This document shows positions 44,021 to 58,026 of a stretch of DNA of 64,000 nt, piece by piece (the first letter of the stretch is position 1; the number at the start of each line of letters is the position of its first letter). The translations under genes and the position numbers were made by a program. The notes beneath the pieces were generated by a model. That model saw nothing but the letters and a program-made list of their open reading frames with translations, was not told where the DNA came from and did not search any database. The DNA is taken from assembly GCF_009914755.1 (NCBI RefSeq), contig NC_060929.1, one strand, 5' to 3'. This DNA is from the human T2T-CHM13v2.0 reference genome, Homo sapiens.

Positions 44021-47000
44021 ATTGCTCATTTGCGGCAGTGACCTTTTCAACTGGACAGCGCCTGGGATCTGGTTCCACGTTGATGTCTCTCTTCTTTACA
44101 GTGTGCTGGCAGGGAAAGAAGCACCCAGTGGCACTGAGTATAGTAGTATCTAGTGTCTGGACCCAGCTCACTCTGCTTCTCAAAGCAAGACCCGAGGAGC
44201 AGAGGTATCTGTTCTATTCACTTTGTTTTTGCACTTGGATTCTGACAGGAATTTAAGCCACTGGGATCAGGAGTGCATTAGGGCACAGTTATGGCAAGAC
44301 ACTTGTCTGGGAGTCACTCATTTTCAAAAGAAAACTGGACACATTTCCATCAGGCAGCAAGTGAAAAATATTCAGAGAGATCTATTTTGATATTTAATCT
44401 CCAAATCTTATATTTGGGATTGAGGTCAATATCCTATTTGATAGTCTCCCAGCTAAGAATCTACTTTCATTTGCTCACTGCCTGTTGTGTATGCAAAACG
44501 AGTACAACATTAATCTAGTGCAAATGGCATCTACGAAATTTTCCAGGAACATTAGCAGATTGTTGGCACTTTACGAAGGACTTCGCAGGACCAGAATGAG
44601 CTTGACACAGGTAAGGAGAGAAAAATCTGAGTGAAACATTGAGTGAACTGATCTCAGAATCCTGTGATACTGTCTGCAGATTGGAAAAAAGGGACACAAC
44701 GAGACAGCCACAGTGCAAGGCAAGGAAGGGGCAACAAAGTGAGCATTGTCACATTTAGGTATTCTAGTTCATCTATCTGCTACCAAGAGCTGCCAATCAA
44801 AAATATACTGTCTGAGAGTGTGGCAGATTGCAGAGGACAGGAGACACCATACGTGTTCATCATCCAACCAAACCCTGACGCAAAACCCACTGAACATTTA
44901 TTGATGAAAAGCAAAAATAGGCCACAGGGAGAAACCCAATGGAGCAATTACACCTAGGCTACATTTCTCAATGGTTGTATACACCAATTTTATTTTTCTT
45001 TTTGTACTCCACAAATAACTTGATGCTAAAACCTGAAGCATCAAATAAATAGTTCCTATCCACCGCCTCTCATAGCCCACGCATCTTACCTGTACTTTAT
45101 CAATCCCATTCTCTCATAAGATATAGAAAACCTATGGCATGATGGGGTTCAAATATATGTATCTGAAATTTATTAAGAAATATGTTAAGATTGCTGATGG
45201 GGTGGCAATTAAGCCCCTGCCATCACTTTAAAGAGCTACCAAAAAGAAACCCAACAGAAATGTAAAGAGAAATTGTACTTTAAAAAGAGTAAGTATATTT
45301 TGAAAACGATAAGTAATAATGTCAAGTAAGATTATGATTCTATCCACACAGCTGGCCCTGACACTATTTGAAGGATGCCTGTGTGTCAGGGGAAGGAAGG
45401 GGATCTGGATCTGCCTCTCCAGCTTCCCAACAATTGCTCCTGTGATTGTTTCTAGTTTTCTCTTTCTCCCTTGGGAATAACATTTGCGTTCCAACTACCA
45501 CATTCATTGCAATATTAACTCTATGCTGGTGTAAGTGCTTAAGCAAAAATCCTCAGAGAATTAAGTAAAAGGTATTATATGTAAATCCCTCTTGGGCACT
45601 TCATGCTGATAGCAACTAGCCAGAACTCAGTGATAGAATGAGGTTCTTAACAGACTTTTCGCAAAGAAAAGAAAAGCAATATTCCCTGTGAAATTTTATG
45701 AATAAGCTAGTCAAATCCAACCTCAGAGACAAATTGGTGGCTACCATGATGCCTAGCAATATGACAATGCACTTTGAAGGGAAATAATGACATTTCCCTA
45801 ATTTCTCAGACATGTCACTGAAAAGTGTTCTTGAATTGCTCAGCTAAACATTAATTCCATTGTCTTCATTTAAAAGGGCATATTCTATGGCCCAAACCCA
45901 GTCTAAAAACCCCCACTGACTTCACAGGGAGATTTTCCTGAGTAAAGGTGACAGGGTACAATTCCATGTAGGCTGAGTGACTGTCTGTCATTTTTATTAC
46001 TTGGGACTGAAAATGTTTTCTAGCAGTACAAACCCCAAGGGACCACATGGTGCCTAAATTATCCATCTGTAATGCTGTTTGGATCCTTGTTCATCTGACT
46101 CCACAAGGGACCAGAGTTACTCACCTGCTATGACCACATAGGCATAATTTCTGTGCTTTATATTACCGACCAAGGAATGCATTTTTCCAGCTGCGGAAAG
46201 TATAAATACAAATGTAATATTCAGAAGTGGAAGAAACACTGGAGTCCAGGTAGAACTAACTGATCTTTACCAGGGCAGAGCATGTATCTCTACAACCAAA
46301 ACTAAACTGAGAAACAATTCACTGTGTGGGGGACTCAAAGATCTTTTCTGTGTCAGTCTCAATTATTGGTTGAGGGATGGTGAGTCATTTAAAAGAGGAG
46401 GTGAGAAAGAAGAGGTGGAGAGGTGAACTTCAGTCATTTTGTGAAGATCCTGAGTCTTTTCGAAATAACGAAATATTTCATATTTAGATATGTATGACAC
46501 CAAGTACCCAGAAGATTCTTGAATATTCCATATATAATCATTTTTATGTTATTTTGGTGTCCTGTTCTACCTATGCTATTTTATAGAGTCAGAGAAATTA
46601 AAAACGATACAAATTGCAGTAACTAGGATTTTTGACTTCTTTTTCTAGAGTTCCCTCAGTAAAGACTTTGAAAATTAGAAAAATAGAAATTATTTTGCCC
46701 CTAGTGAAATAGGCAAGACATAACCACCCATTTTGCTGTAGTCTTTTTTTAAGGGTGAATGGCTACAAAAAGTCAACCAGGGAGGAACTACAACATATTC
46801 TTTTTTCCTAACATTGATTCAGTTTTCCATCTTTATGTAGTAAAAGAAACATGACAGAGAAACAAATGCCCTTCTATTGTTTACATTTGAGGTTTACAGA
46901 GAGAGCAATCAGCAGATTTTCTGTAAGATCCATCTATCTGTCACTGTGTTTTATTGGATATGGCTGCAGCTGAATCGAAAACAGGAAAGAGGAAAGAAGT

Positions 47001-47689
47001 GAAAGTGACAAAGATGGTTATAAAAATAGAAAAAAAAGAGTGAAATCTCTGGAGTGTAAGAGTGGACCAAATACAGCTGTGGGCAATATTCCCTCTGTTT
47101 TTATAAAGTGTGTGCATGTGCCTTGCCACATAAGGAACGAATTATGAAGACTAAGCATGTTTCATGTTTTTGGCATTGTATTCAGATGGAATTCATGATG
47201 AAGTTTATCAGGCATGTTTCATCCACATTATGCACAATCAGAACTCTGCCACATGGTAATTAGGTCAGCACCACCATCCCCCACAACCACTTCATATATA
47301 TACAAAATGCAGCATCAATCAGTTCTGCTTGTCCACAGATGAAAGCCTAACTCAGTATGCCACTTAATAACCCCTATAATCTGGTCCCAACTTTTTTCCA
47401 TAACCTAATTTCCCTTGCTCCTACCTGCCCCACGGAGAATGATCACTGCACAAGTGATTGCCATTTTCTCTTTCACGACCCTGTTACCTTACATTGACAG
47501 TATCGCAACACCCCAATTTCACCATGCTTTGTTTTTCTAAGTCTTGCCTTTCTTTAAAGATTTTCCTTACCATTTGAACAATGTCGCCCCCACTGCAACA
47601 ACATTAATTCTTTCTTAGATTTAGATATCACCACAGAAAACTGGCGTGAAGACATAAAATGGTGTTAAACAGGAACCACTAACATAAGC

Positions 47690-48212
47690 GCAGCCAGTTA
47701 CTTAGTGGCTTCAAAAAAGTGCAATTATTTTATCTTCTTCCCTGGTTTCTGTGGGTGAGGAATTAGATTGGACGGTTGTAACTCAAAGTCTACCTGTGGT
47801 GGATTTGGAACAGCTGGGGGCTGGACTACCTAGGGCCTGGCCCAGCATCCCTTCATCTCTCTCTCTCTCTCTCTGTGTGTAGTCTCAGGGTCTCTCCATT
47901 TTCTCTATCTGAGCTAGTTTGGACTTCTTCAGAGAATGACTTCTTAATTAGCAGCCTAAAGCTTAAAGGGTAAGCATTCCAGCAAGCAAGGCAGAATGGA
48001 AATTGCCTTTTGTGATTTAGCTTCAGAATTTACAGAGGACATTTCCACCATAGTCCATTGTTTCAAACAGTCATCAAAGCCTGCCCGATGCCAAGGGGAA
48101 GCAACATAGATCCCAGCTTTTGTGAGAAAGGATGTCAAAGTCATATTTATAGAAAAGGTTTGTGAGATAGGAAATGTTTCTGTGATCATCTTTAAAAAAC
48201 ACAATCTGCCAA
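47690..48212 (-). mobile_element. MLT1H-like MaLR LTR
   Basis: gtagtctcagggtctctcc...ccagcaagcaaggcagaa..., ending aaaacacaatctgccaaa. Confidence 0.8.
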
Positions 48213-48685
48213 AGGAGCAGATTAATTTTTTTTAAGAGAAAAGAAGGAATTTTGGGATTCTGCCATTTCCCTGCCAAAGAACAATGTTCCAGATACCTAT
48301 TCAACTATTGTGGTTTTGCTTAGTTTTTATAGGCATGCTTGTCCAAAGGCATGTTTTAATTATTTTTTATTTGCATGTTGTACATTATTTTTTCCAAAAT
48401 GCTAAAGTACACTTAGTTATGAAGAGGGGCGAGTTTATTTCTACACTTTATACATATTCACTGTTATATATCTTATATATAACAAGTTTTTGTCCCAGAG
48501 ATGCTAGGATAATGTAATGCAACCCAAAAGTGATTAAAGCCCAAAGCAGCCTTCTTTAAGCTCAAGTAAATATGAAAGCAAAGGTGATATGGTCATTGAA
48601 AACATGGTTCTAGACTCTACCATTTTTATCACTGTCTAGTTCATTGTCTGCAGATAAATGTGACCTAAAACATAATGTTCCCTAG

Positions 48686-48862
<177 letters not shown>

Positions 48863-49449
48863 TGACACTGTCTTGAATCTGATGTTGGTGTTCTGAAGTA
48901 CAATCCTTCATAACCCTGCCAAAGATATGACAATGTAGCCAGACCCAGGCTAGGTGCTGCCATCAAAAAACATGGTCCTAAAATCAAAGTGTACTTTCCA
49001 AATAACTCATGTTAGAAACCTGGACATCTCTAACGCTATGAAGAGGATACGTAGTCCATAGCTGGATTTCTGAGCAATTCTTCTTCCCTTTTTTTCATTC
49101 CCTTTGTTTATACCCCAGAATTCTCTCCTCTAAACTTTGAAAAATCCTCCTGATTTGAAACGAATCTATTTTATCTGCCTACCACATCTTTTTTCCTCCA
49201 AATTGGGTAGCATAACACTCAAGTAATGGCATACTCCTGCCCCACAGGCTAAAAATACCCAAGTAGACAAAGAATGTTCTTCAGTATGAACATCTGATGT
49301 TAATATTTTTTTCCCAAATCATTCTTTCAAGGGCAAGTGTGAGTGAAAAGCACTCACATGGTGAGTGGTGCCATGTCACCATGGCATTTCCTTTATCAAG
49401 CAAGTCCATCATTCAAATCCTTAATGGGTAATTGTCAGGGGTGGGAGAA

Positions 49450-49604
49450 GAACTTCTCATACTTTAGTATGCATATGAATATTACCTGGGAATCTCGTTA
49501 TATTCTGATCCCATGGGTGTGGGCTGGGCCCCAGAGTCAGCATTCCTAACCAGCCCCCAGTTGGTGTCGAGGCTGCTGGTCTGGGAACTATACTTGGGGT
49601 AGCA
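49450..49604. mobile_element. MER5A hAT-Charlie MITE
   Basis: cttctcatactttagtatgcat...attacctggg...gcattcctaaccagccccc...gctgctggtctgggaactatactt. Confidence 0.8.
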
Positions 49605-50730
49605 CCAACCTATTTTTAAACTATTATTTTTAGTTATTTAAATTCTAAATTGCTTGTTTTGAACTTTTTCCAGTTTACTGAAGATTTTGGAAGGTATGAG
49701 ATAAATAAGAAAAGATACAAAGGAAAATCCAGTGATCTCAGCCAGCAAAAGCAATAGGAGTGGAAAGGCCATAGGCCAGTGCTGGGTTGGTGAGTTGCAG
49801 GTGGATCTGAGAAGGCAGCAGACGCAATGTCTCACCCTGAAGTTCCAAACCCGCCACTGCCCTCCCCACCCTACTCTGTCCTCCTTCCCCATCTGATTCC
49901 TGAACTTCATGCCTCAGAGACCCTCTGGGTACCATTACGGGTAAGTTCAGAGGTGAATTGTTAGTTAATGACTGAGCAGGGTTGGGAGCAGGGAGCTGAG
50001 AACTAGAAACAAACAGAGGCTAAAAGTTTGAATGAGATATGTGCGAGTTTCTCTGGGAGGCAGGGTGCAAGGACAGAGGAAGGATTGTCAAGAAGGAAAG
50101 GAAAAGCACCCACAGTGAAACCTGAAAGAGGCCCAAAACAAAACTCCCCTGATTTCCTCATTGCCTCAGGGCTGGGCCCCAGGTACATTTATTTCTTTTC
50201 TAATTACCTACACCTGAGTGAACATAGACAGGTATTTATATCTCAGTGAGCTGTTTAGGTGTGTTTATTTAGGTTTTATTTATAATCCCAGATTAGGTAA
50301 TTTCCTTTTAAAAATTATAGGTGGACTGTGATGAGAAAGAGCTTTTATCTGATTGTTAGTAAGATCATAGGCGTAAAGAGAATTTTGCTTTTGAAAACTT
50401 ACAAGGGCTATTGAGTTTTTCAATTAAACAATGTGGCCCTTCTAAGGTTACTAAAGAGAAACCCACATATTCACAATCAACCTCTAAGGCTGTTGAGGTT
50501 TCTCAGTTCTTTGAACCTCGAACACTCTGTGTTCCTAAGCCACTAGAGGTGGAAACAAAATAGAGCCGCTTATCACATTTCTTCTATTCCACACCTCAGT
50601 ATTGTCATCGTCTCCACTTGCCCTTCAGCGGAGGAGATTAATAGATTTCAACAGGACCTTTTGTGGGCTCAGAGGAGCTGGCTCTGCACTTATTTGCCCT
50701 CTTTGTGTGGTTGTAAAGTGTTCTGACCAG

Positions 50731-50743
50731 ATGACTCAGCATT
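50731..50743 (+). promoter_or_regulatory. Consensus ARE / NFE2-NRF2-BACH motif
   Basis: ATGACTCAGCAtt, a perfect RTGACTCAGCA, in non-repeat DNA. Motif only. Confidence 0.4.
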
Positions 50744-51665
50744 GCCAGTAAGAACCCAGCCCCATGCCACAGGGACTCTATGGCCAGAAGCACTGCTTCC
50801 TCTGCCTTGTTTCTTGAGATCAGTGAAACAGGAATATTTTCTTGCGAAACCCTGATTCAATAACTGGTGGCTCAGAGCCCACAATAAAATCATGGTAACA
50901 GTCTATAAACATCAAAACATTAATCCTTTCCAAGTAGGAGCTGACGAGAATAAGCCTAATTGCAGTAATGACCTGAAGTATAGATGCTGCTCTGCATAAA
51001 CTCTCACTCCCTGGTGGGAATGTTCCCATGGAACTCTGGGACTGTGCCATGCACACACCTAACTCTAATAATACTAAATCTAAACATGGGCATTCCTGCT
51101 GGATGAGCGGACTGATAGTCATTAAAGGCCTAAAAGGTAAAAAATTATTACTACTTTAAATCACTTTCCAAAGACTAAGCATTTTTTAAATTGTTAATGA
51201 TGGCCCCATTCTCTCATTTAATTTCATTTTTAATTTTTAACTTTAAAAAACACTCCAGTTAGATACAAATATTTTAATTTTTATTTATTAGGGACCATAT
51301 ATTTATGCAATATCCATGTTTGCTACCATAGGCACTTGAGCTGTGATGATTTCACTTTGGTAACTTGAAAATGTATATAATAGATTTTTAAAATTAATTT
51401 GTAACAGGAATAAAAATTACCACAGTGTGAGAATTCACAAAGCTCCCTCTCCTTCCCCTTTTTCTATCCTCACTCCACAACTGGCACTAGCTTTTAAAGG
51501 GGATGAATTTTTGCATCCTGGATCAGCGCCTGGACTTTTCTTTGGAAAAACAAACAAAGAGAATGGATAAAACTGAAAGAAAATGGAAAACATCCCTTCA
51601 CTATTCTGGTGGGATTGACCCCATCCCCAACTCCAAAGATGGGCCCTAATTTGTTTATCCAAATA

Positions 51666-51667
<2 letters not shown>

Positions 51668-51714
<47 letters not shown>
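51668..51714. repeat. (CA)n microsatellite
   Basis: About 20 uninterrupted AC units after acacat. Confidence 0.97.
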
Positions 51715-51715
<1 letters not shown>

Positions 51716-51834
51716 CCCACCTTCTGTGGAGGCCTCAGTCGCTATGACAAGATCCAGTGTTGTTTTCTCCATAGTAATGATGACTTTCCTTGTTTTTTGG
51801 TTTGTTTGTTTACTAGAAAAATTAATTCCCTGGA

Positions 51835-51925
51835 ACTGAGGACTTTGGTGTCTTATTCACTCCTATGCCCAGCACCTAGCACAATGGCACAGCGTCTGAC
51901 ACATAGTAAATAATCAATATTGCTA
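51835..51925 (+). mobile_element. L2 3' end fragment
   Basis: tgtcttattcactcctatgcccagcacctagcaca...tgacacatagtaaataatcaatatt. Confidence 0.65.
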
Positions 51926-52830
51926 TTGCAGTAGCTTCCTAACTGGTCAAATTACTTCTGATCCCGCCCCGCCCTCTCAGTGCAGCCCCACCCTCTGCAC
52001 CTCTGTACCTGTGCAGCAGCTTCCTCTGGCCAGCATGGTGTCCACAGCCCAGAACCTGGCACTAGGAGATTCCTGGAGAAAGTGAGCCTTCTTGTCTGAC
52101 TGTCCAGAGAGTGAGAGAAAGTGTGGCAAGTATTTTTGTATATAAGCTTCCTAAAAATAACTTGTTATAGAGCCACATGAATACCTGCTTACGAAGCATT
52201 TTATCAGCCTCACGAAACATGTGAAAAGGAATTACATAAAATTAGTAAGACAGATCTGAAAAATGTTTTCATTTAAAGTAAAATTCAAGATTTGTTATCT
52301 GATAATTTTTTGTGATGATTATATATATCTAAAGAAAGATAAATTTCTTTTTGAAACTTATTCTCCTTTTTCTTTCCTCAATAACGTTTAATTTTTTATG
52401 TAAGAAGTCCAACATACTTAGAAGTATACACAGAGAATGACTTAATAAAAACTTACATAGCTGCAACTTAGATTTGACAAATATCAATACATTTCTAAAC
52501 ATCTTTATTTAAAAATAAAATTGGATATTTTCACATAATTGAAGTTCATAAAAAGATTTGAGCCACAAAAAAAGAGTTTGAATATTACTGTAACATAAAA
52601 GTTTGAAAGATTTTTGTTGAATGATTTTAAATGTTACTGAATCAAATTGATGCAGGTTCTTTGGAAATAAAATAAATTTAGGCAAAATTACTTCATCACA
52701 AATACCTGAGTGTTTTAATTTTTGTGTGAATAATATTAAAATGTGACTGAGGTTAATATGCAGCTAGAAATCATACATCTAGGAGATGGATCTGAGGTTC
52801 ACCTATCTTTTTATAGTGAATTTTGAAATA

Positions 52831-53171
52831 TAGGCAAGCACAGCATAATGATGGTTCCATCAATGACAAAGGGCATATATAGTGGTAATCCTGTAAGACT
52901 AGAATACTGTATTTTTACTGTACCTTTTTAATGCTCAGATATGTTTAGATATGTAAATACTTACCATTGGGTTACAATTGTTTACAGTATCCAGTATAGT
53001 AACATGCTATACAGGTTTGTAGCCTAGGAGCAGTACCATATTGCTTAGGTGAATAGTGGGTTATACCACCTAGGTTTGTGTAAATACATTCTATTATGTT
53101 CACACAATGATGATACTGCCTAATCACACATTTCTCAGGACGTATCTCTGGCATTAAGCAATGCATGACTG
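52831..53171. mobile_element. Tigger3a (MER7A)-like non-autonomous DNA transposon
   Basis: About 340 bp, TA-flanked, ending aagcaatgcatgactg. Internal text tacaggtttgtagcctaggagca. Confidence 0.88.
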
Positions 53172-56026
53172 TAAAAGGAAATTATGCCTTTTTTTTCTCC
53201 AAATAGTAATTCTCTTCTAGAACACTATTCCTCCTACTTATGTGTTCTAGTATGTGGGTTGGTATGCCTTGTATGATGTACAACAGGTCTTTCCTAGTTA
53301 GGAGAGATATTTAAACAAAGGTAGAAAGAGAATTTTTAAAAAGAATGGAGAAAATTAAAGACCACTTCTTTCTTAATTGAAGGACTATGGTTGTAAAAAC
53401 TTTTGATCATTTCCCTTCTCTACCCTTGTAAATACATGTGTAATCAAATACTGACCTTTTGGTACTGGAAACAGGAAACACCTGATGTACAAGGTTATCT
53501 TTCCTGTAGAACATGTTGTCAGACGCACAGCTGAATTAAGGGTGGATCAGGCAGGCTGCTGCTTGGGAAACTGTTCTGTAAGAGGGGCTAAGAGAATCGT
53601 GGAAATGTCACAAGATGGAGGAACTTGTATATGCCACGTTTCTTCTTAGGGAAAAGGATGGGATACTAAGGTGGGGCTAAGACCCGAGAAGGCGATATTT
53701 GCATCTGACTTCCAAGAAGAGCAGGCCAGAGGCACAGCCTCTGTGGGCACAGCCGTGCTGAGTGGAATATCCACACCTGGTAGAGCCAAATAGCCTAAGA
53801 CATGAAAGGGGACACCGAGGGACCCAGAAGTTCCCACTGCACATTGCTCCCACACAGAGCTCAGACTCTCTTCAATATAAATGTACAAATATTGAAAGAA
53901 TATGGTTTTAAAATAAAATTATCAACCTGCCAGGATGCCCCCAGTCCCCATCTAGGCCTGGTCACAAATCATTCTGACAGCAAAGCTGTGTTCCTCTGCC
54001 ATCTATCCATGGAAATGGTTGAGTTCTTTAGGGAACTTCACTCTCATGGTCCTATTGTACTGGGACATTGGGCGAATGTTCCACTCTTTATAGATAAAAA
54101 TTGTAACTGAATGCTTTTCAACGTGTGGACTGGCTGTTAGTAAAGAAGAAAACACTCTTAATTCAGCTACTTCCTTTCCTATATCAACATCTCATTCATT
54201 CTGTTTCTCTCTCACAGTGAGGTTGGTCTCAACAACCCTGATGGTGTTTATCAAATTCCTGGGTCTGAAGGGACTTGCCCCAACCCTTATAGACTTTCCC
54301 CACCAGGAAAGAAGGAAATACACACAGTTGACTTTGAGGGTTCTTTATGAGAATTATTTTTTATTATCGCCTATTCAAAAAATTTACCATCAAACCATGT
54401 GTTTCAGATAAAGACTAATAATTACTAAACAAGATTATTGTCTGAGAAACCATGACTTATGTGAATTGCTTGTTGTCTTGTTACAATTCTACAACTATAT
54501 GAGAGCCTCTCTCTGTCATTATTTGCATATGATAATTCCAGAGTTGGACCTAACCCAAGCACAGTGAAAAATCAGCTGTTTCTGACTCTGTTTCCTCATT
54601 TGTGATTTAGAATTAATGATAACAAATAGAATTATGCTAAAGGTTGAATAAGATACCATGAAGGTTCTTGTACGCTATAAATTGTTGGTTATGAGTTGGC
54701 CCATTGATGGTAAGATTTGTATTTTTTTTCCCATATTAAGTAAGTAATATTACTAATTCTGAAGAAGGTGCTTTGCAAAGTCCTGTTCACTGTAAGGATC
54801 TGATTTTGTTGCTACAAACCCTAGGTTGCTTGTTTGGGGTTAGGACCATTATAAAAGAAAATAGGTGTAGACTGTTGGAATCCAGAGTATGATGTATGAC
54901 AGGGGTGCAAGATTAGAAGTTAGCCCTTGATATTATTTCTATTCCAGTGGCAGGTGGGGTGAGGATTTTTTACTGAAAATTGAAATTCAGCTGCAGCATT
55001 GGCTCATGTCATCTTTGCTGTCATTATGTCCCAGAATAGCATCACTTCAGTCAGCTTTACCAAATTAAATCAAGTATCACGGGGTTACAAGCTAAGAAAC
55101 AACAATGGGTTAAATTTTTAGATTGTCTTTTTGGTTTTTAAGGAAAACATACAAGGTTCCACAATAAAATCATGTTATTAAAAGGATTGCTCTGATAGGA
55201 TCAAACATATTAAAATCACATATTTTGTAATGTCATTATGTTTGGTCTTTAATCTATCCTAATGAGCTCACTGGGTCTAACAGTTCAGCTTGTTGAGATT
55301 TGTGAATTAGAGCTAAGCTTTTACTGACCCTAATTTTTTAGGTTAATAGTAGTTTTTATGAGAGGTGATCACCTGATACATTGTGGGGATAAACGAATCC
55401 ACTCATTTGGGACTCTGCCATCTGACACCAGTAACTCTTTACAAGAGTTAATTTTTACTCAGATTTTTCTCCAAAATGATATATTAGCCATAGCTTTAAC
55501 ACTGTGTATATCTAATATGCAAGTACATACAATTTTAATGTATATATTAACTATGAAAATATATTTTCTTTCTGCCTTAGAAATAAGCACCTTTTTCTTT
55601 GCAATAGTCACCAAAATGCTCATTATCCCAATAGATTTCTTTTGATTAGGCTGAGTGTATGCATTAATTAACCTCACCTGGATTATTTTATTTAAAAAAA
55701 ATTAAAAATACTAAAGCACATTTCATTCCAACATTCCCAATGTTGAAAGTCTTCTGACTTTCATGAAACCTCTTCAGAGTGAATGAAAAGAGGTGAAGAT
55801 GCTCATTAGCCTGTAATTCCTGAATGTGACTGTGTCCTAAATTCTTCAAGATGCCATAAGCAGAATGTTTGTACATCAAATACATGTTTTTATCATTATT
55901 TCTCTTTTAAAAAGCGCAACATTATACTCTATAGAATGGAAACTATTTATTTAAATACAGATTTTATAAAGGGTTTTCTATGATGTTCAACCTGTCAGTA
56001 TTTTATCAGGCTACAAAACTTAATTT

Positions 56027-56436
56027 GGATTATTCAGCCTTAAAAAGGAAGGAAATTCTTACATATGCTACAATATGGAAGAAGTTGTCATAAAGGTTGA
56101 CAACTTTATGCTAAGAAAAATGACCAGTCACAAAAAGACAAATATTGCATGATTCCACTTATAAAAGGTACTTAAAGTGGTCTAAACCATAGAGACAGAA
56201 AATAGAATTGTGGTTGTCAGGGTCTGGGGGGTGGGGTAAATAGGGAGTTATTGCTTAATGGGTATGGAATTTCAGATTTACAAAATGAAAAGCATTATGG
56301 AGATTGATGATGTTGATGGTTACATAACATGTGAACATATTTAATACCACCGAACTACACAATTAAAAATAGTGAAGATGGCAAATTTTATGTTATGTGT
56401 ATTTTACCACAATCATAATAATAATAATTTTTAAAT
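56027..56436 (+). mobile_element. L1MB2-like 3' fragment
   Basis: L1MB 3'UTR. TSD aaaacttaattt at 56015-56026 and 56437-56448. Confidence 0.88.
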
Positions 56437-58026
56437 AAAACTTAATTTTGTCTTGCTTTACTAAATACTATCCTCCTTCTAATTATTTTTGCCTCTGGCA
56501 CCATGATCCAATAAGCCAAACATGAGTATCAAACAACAAACTGTTAAGAATTTATTACCACCTACCATGCACAAGGTATTTAAGGAATATTAGGAAATAT
56601 AAAGCAATTTCTTCATAAAAGCCTGCAGAATTCTTTATAAGTTTTCACCTATCAAAAAATAAACACTTATGGAGTTTAAAAAATGGTGAACTCAAAGAGA
56701 CATGAAGATTTCAGATGCTTGCAGAGTTTCTAGGCTCTAAGTAATTAGGTTTATTTCCATGTCTTCTCTCGGAAAGATGGGTACCAAGTCCACAGGAAGA
56801 AGTAAGTTCTTGGATAGATCCAGTGCAAGGTCAGTTTGCCTTAGCAGAGCACCAGAGTTCAGCAAAAGAATGAACATGTTCTAATGTCAAGGTAAGTAGT
56901 CTTGGGGGTGAGACCAGGTGAGAAGATGGTGACAGGGCTGGCAAAACTTGATGGGAAATGGGCATCTAAAAATTATAAGGTACTACACTTTCACTGCAAA
57001 CCTGACCTCAGATTGTTTCAATTTTATATCTCACGTTGCTGCCTCTAAAATGTATCCTTAATCATCTTAACAGTCATTGGCATGGCATTACTTTTCAACG
57101 TGGTATCATTAAATCAGGAATAGTAGTCTAAGGAGAGGAGCTAACACCTCCCAGGTGACCGGCCAGTGTCCTGCCCTCCATGCCATGAGGTGTAGGGAGG
57201 CAGAGTATAGAATCCTGACAGGAGCAGTGGGTTTACTTACTAAGGGTTTGGTGAAGCAGAAGAAGGGAGTGATAAAGATTAGGCCACGATGACCTACTTT
57301 TAACACCAGCCACTAAGGCGCCTCAGTTGATTGTGAGCACTACACAGTAGAATGCTTTAGAACAAAGAGTGCGTAACGTGAATCTTGCACACAGAGAGGC
57401 GTTTGAAGCTTAAAAAATACCCAAATATACAATGGCCTCTTGTTTAATTATAGTAATTATTCATCAGACTCCAGATGTTAGGAAAGAAAAAAACTTTATC
57501 TTTTTTGATTAGAAGCGTGAATCCTTTCAAATGTGTGTGTCACTGAAATGGAATGTATCTAATCATCAACTTGCAGCTGAAAGAGTGCCGAGTAAATAAC
57601 TGAAGCCAATCCAGATACTTATTAAAAGAATTTGTTTCCAAAGGGAAAGAGAAATACCTTCCATTTGAAAGAAATCAACCCTACAAAAAAGTCAAAAGTA
57701 CTTGGGGCATTCTGGCAGCATCAGGACTTATTTTAAAATGTTCAATCAAATTCTTGTCCAAAATCCATTCATCGCTATGCCCTTATTGTGAGGCTGCTGC
57801 ATTCTTTCAAAAGTGATTGAGAGGCCCAGAAATCAAGGTCTCACTAGTTATGCATCACTGAATCAGGGGAGAATGTAAGGCAGCCTCCCAGAAGACCAGG
57901 CCTGGAAATTCGTATCTGACGTCCAGTTCCTTAGGCTCCACCAAACTCCATGAAATTAAAGAGAAGGCAACAAACTTCTCTTTCTGATGGGGTCCCAAAC
58001 ACATAATTGGACAATAATTACTGAGG

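Noticed and set aside
50539-50556. CTCF-like gccactagaggtgga
   Set aside because: Mismatches at the highly conserved GC positions of the core.
51435-51839. CVCVCV/HTHTHT ORFs here and at 58676-58933
   Set aside because: Artefacts of dinucleotide microsatellites.
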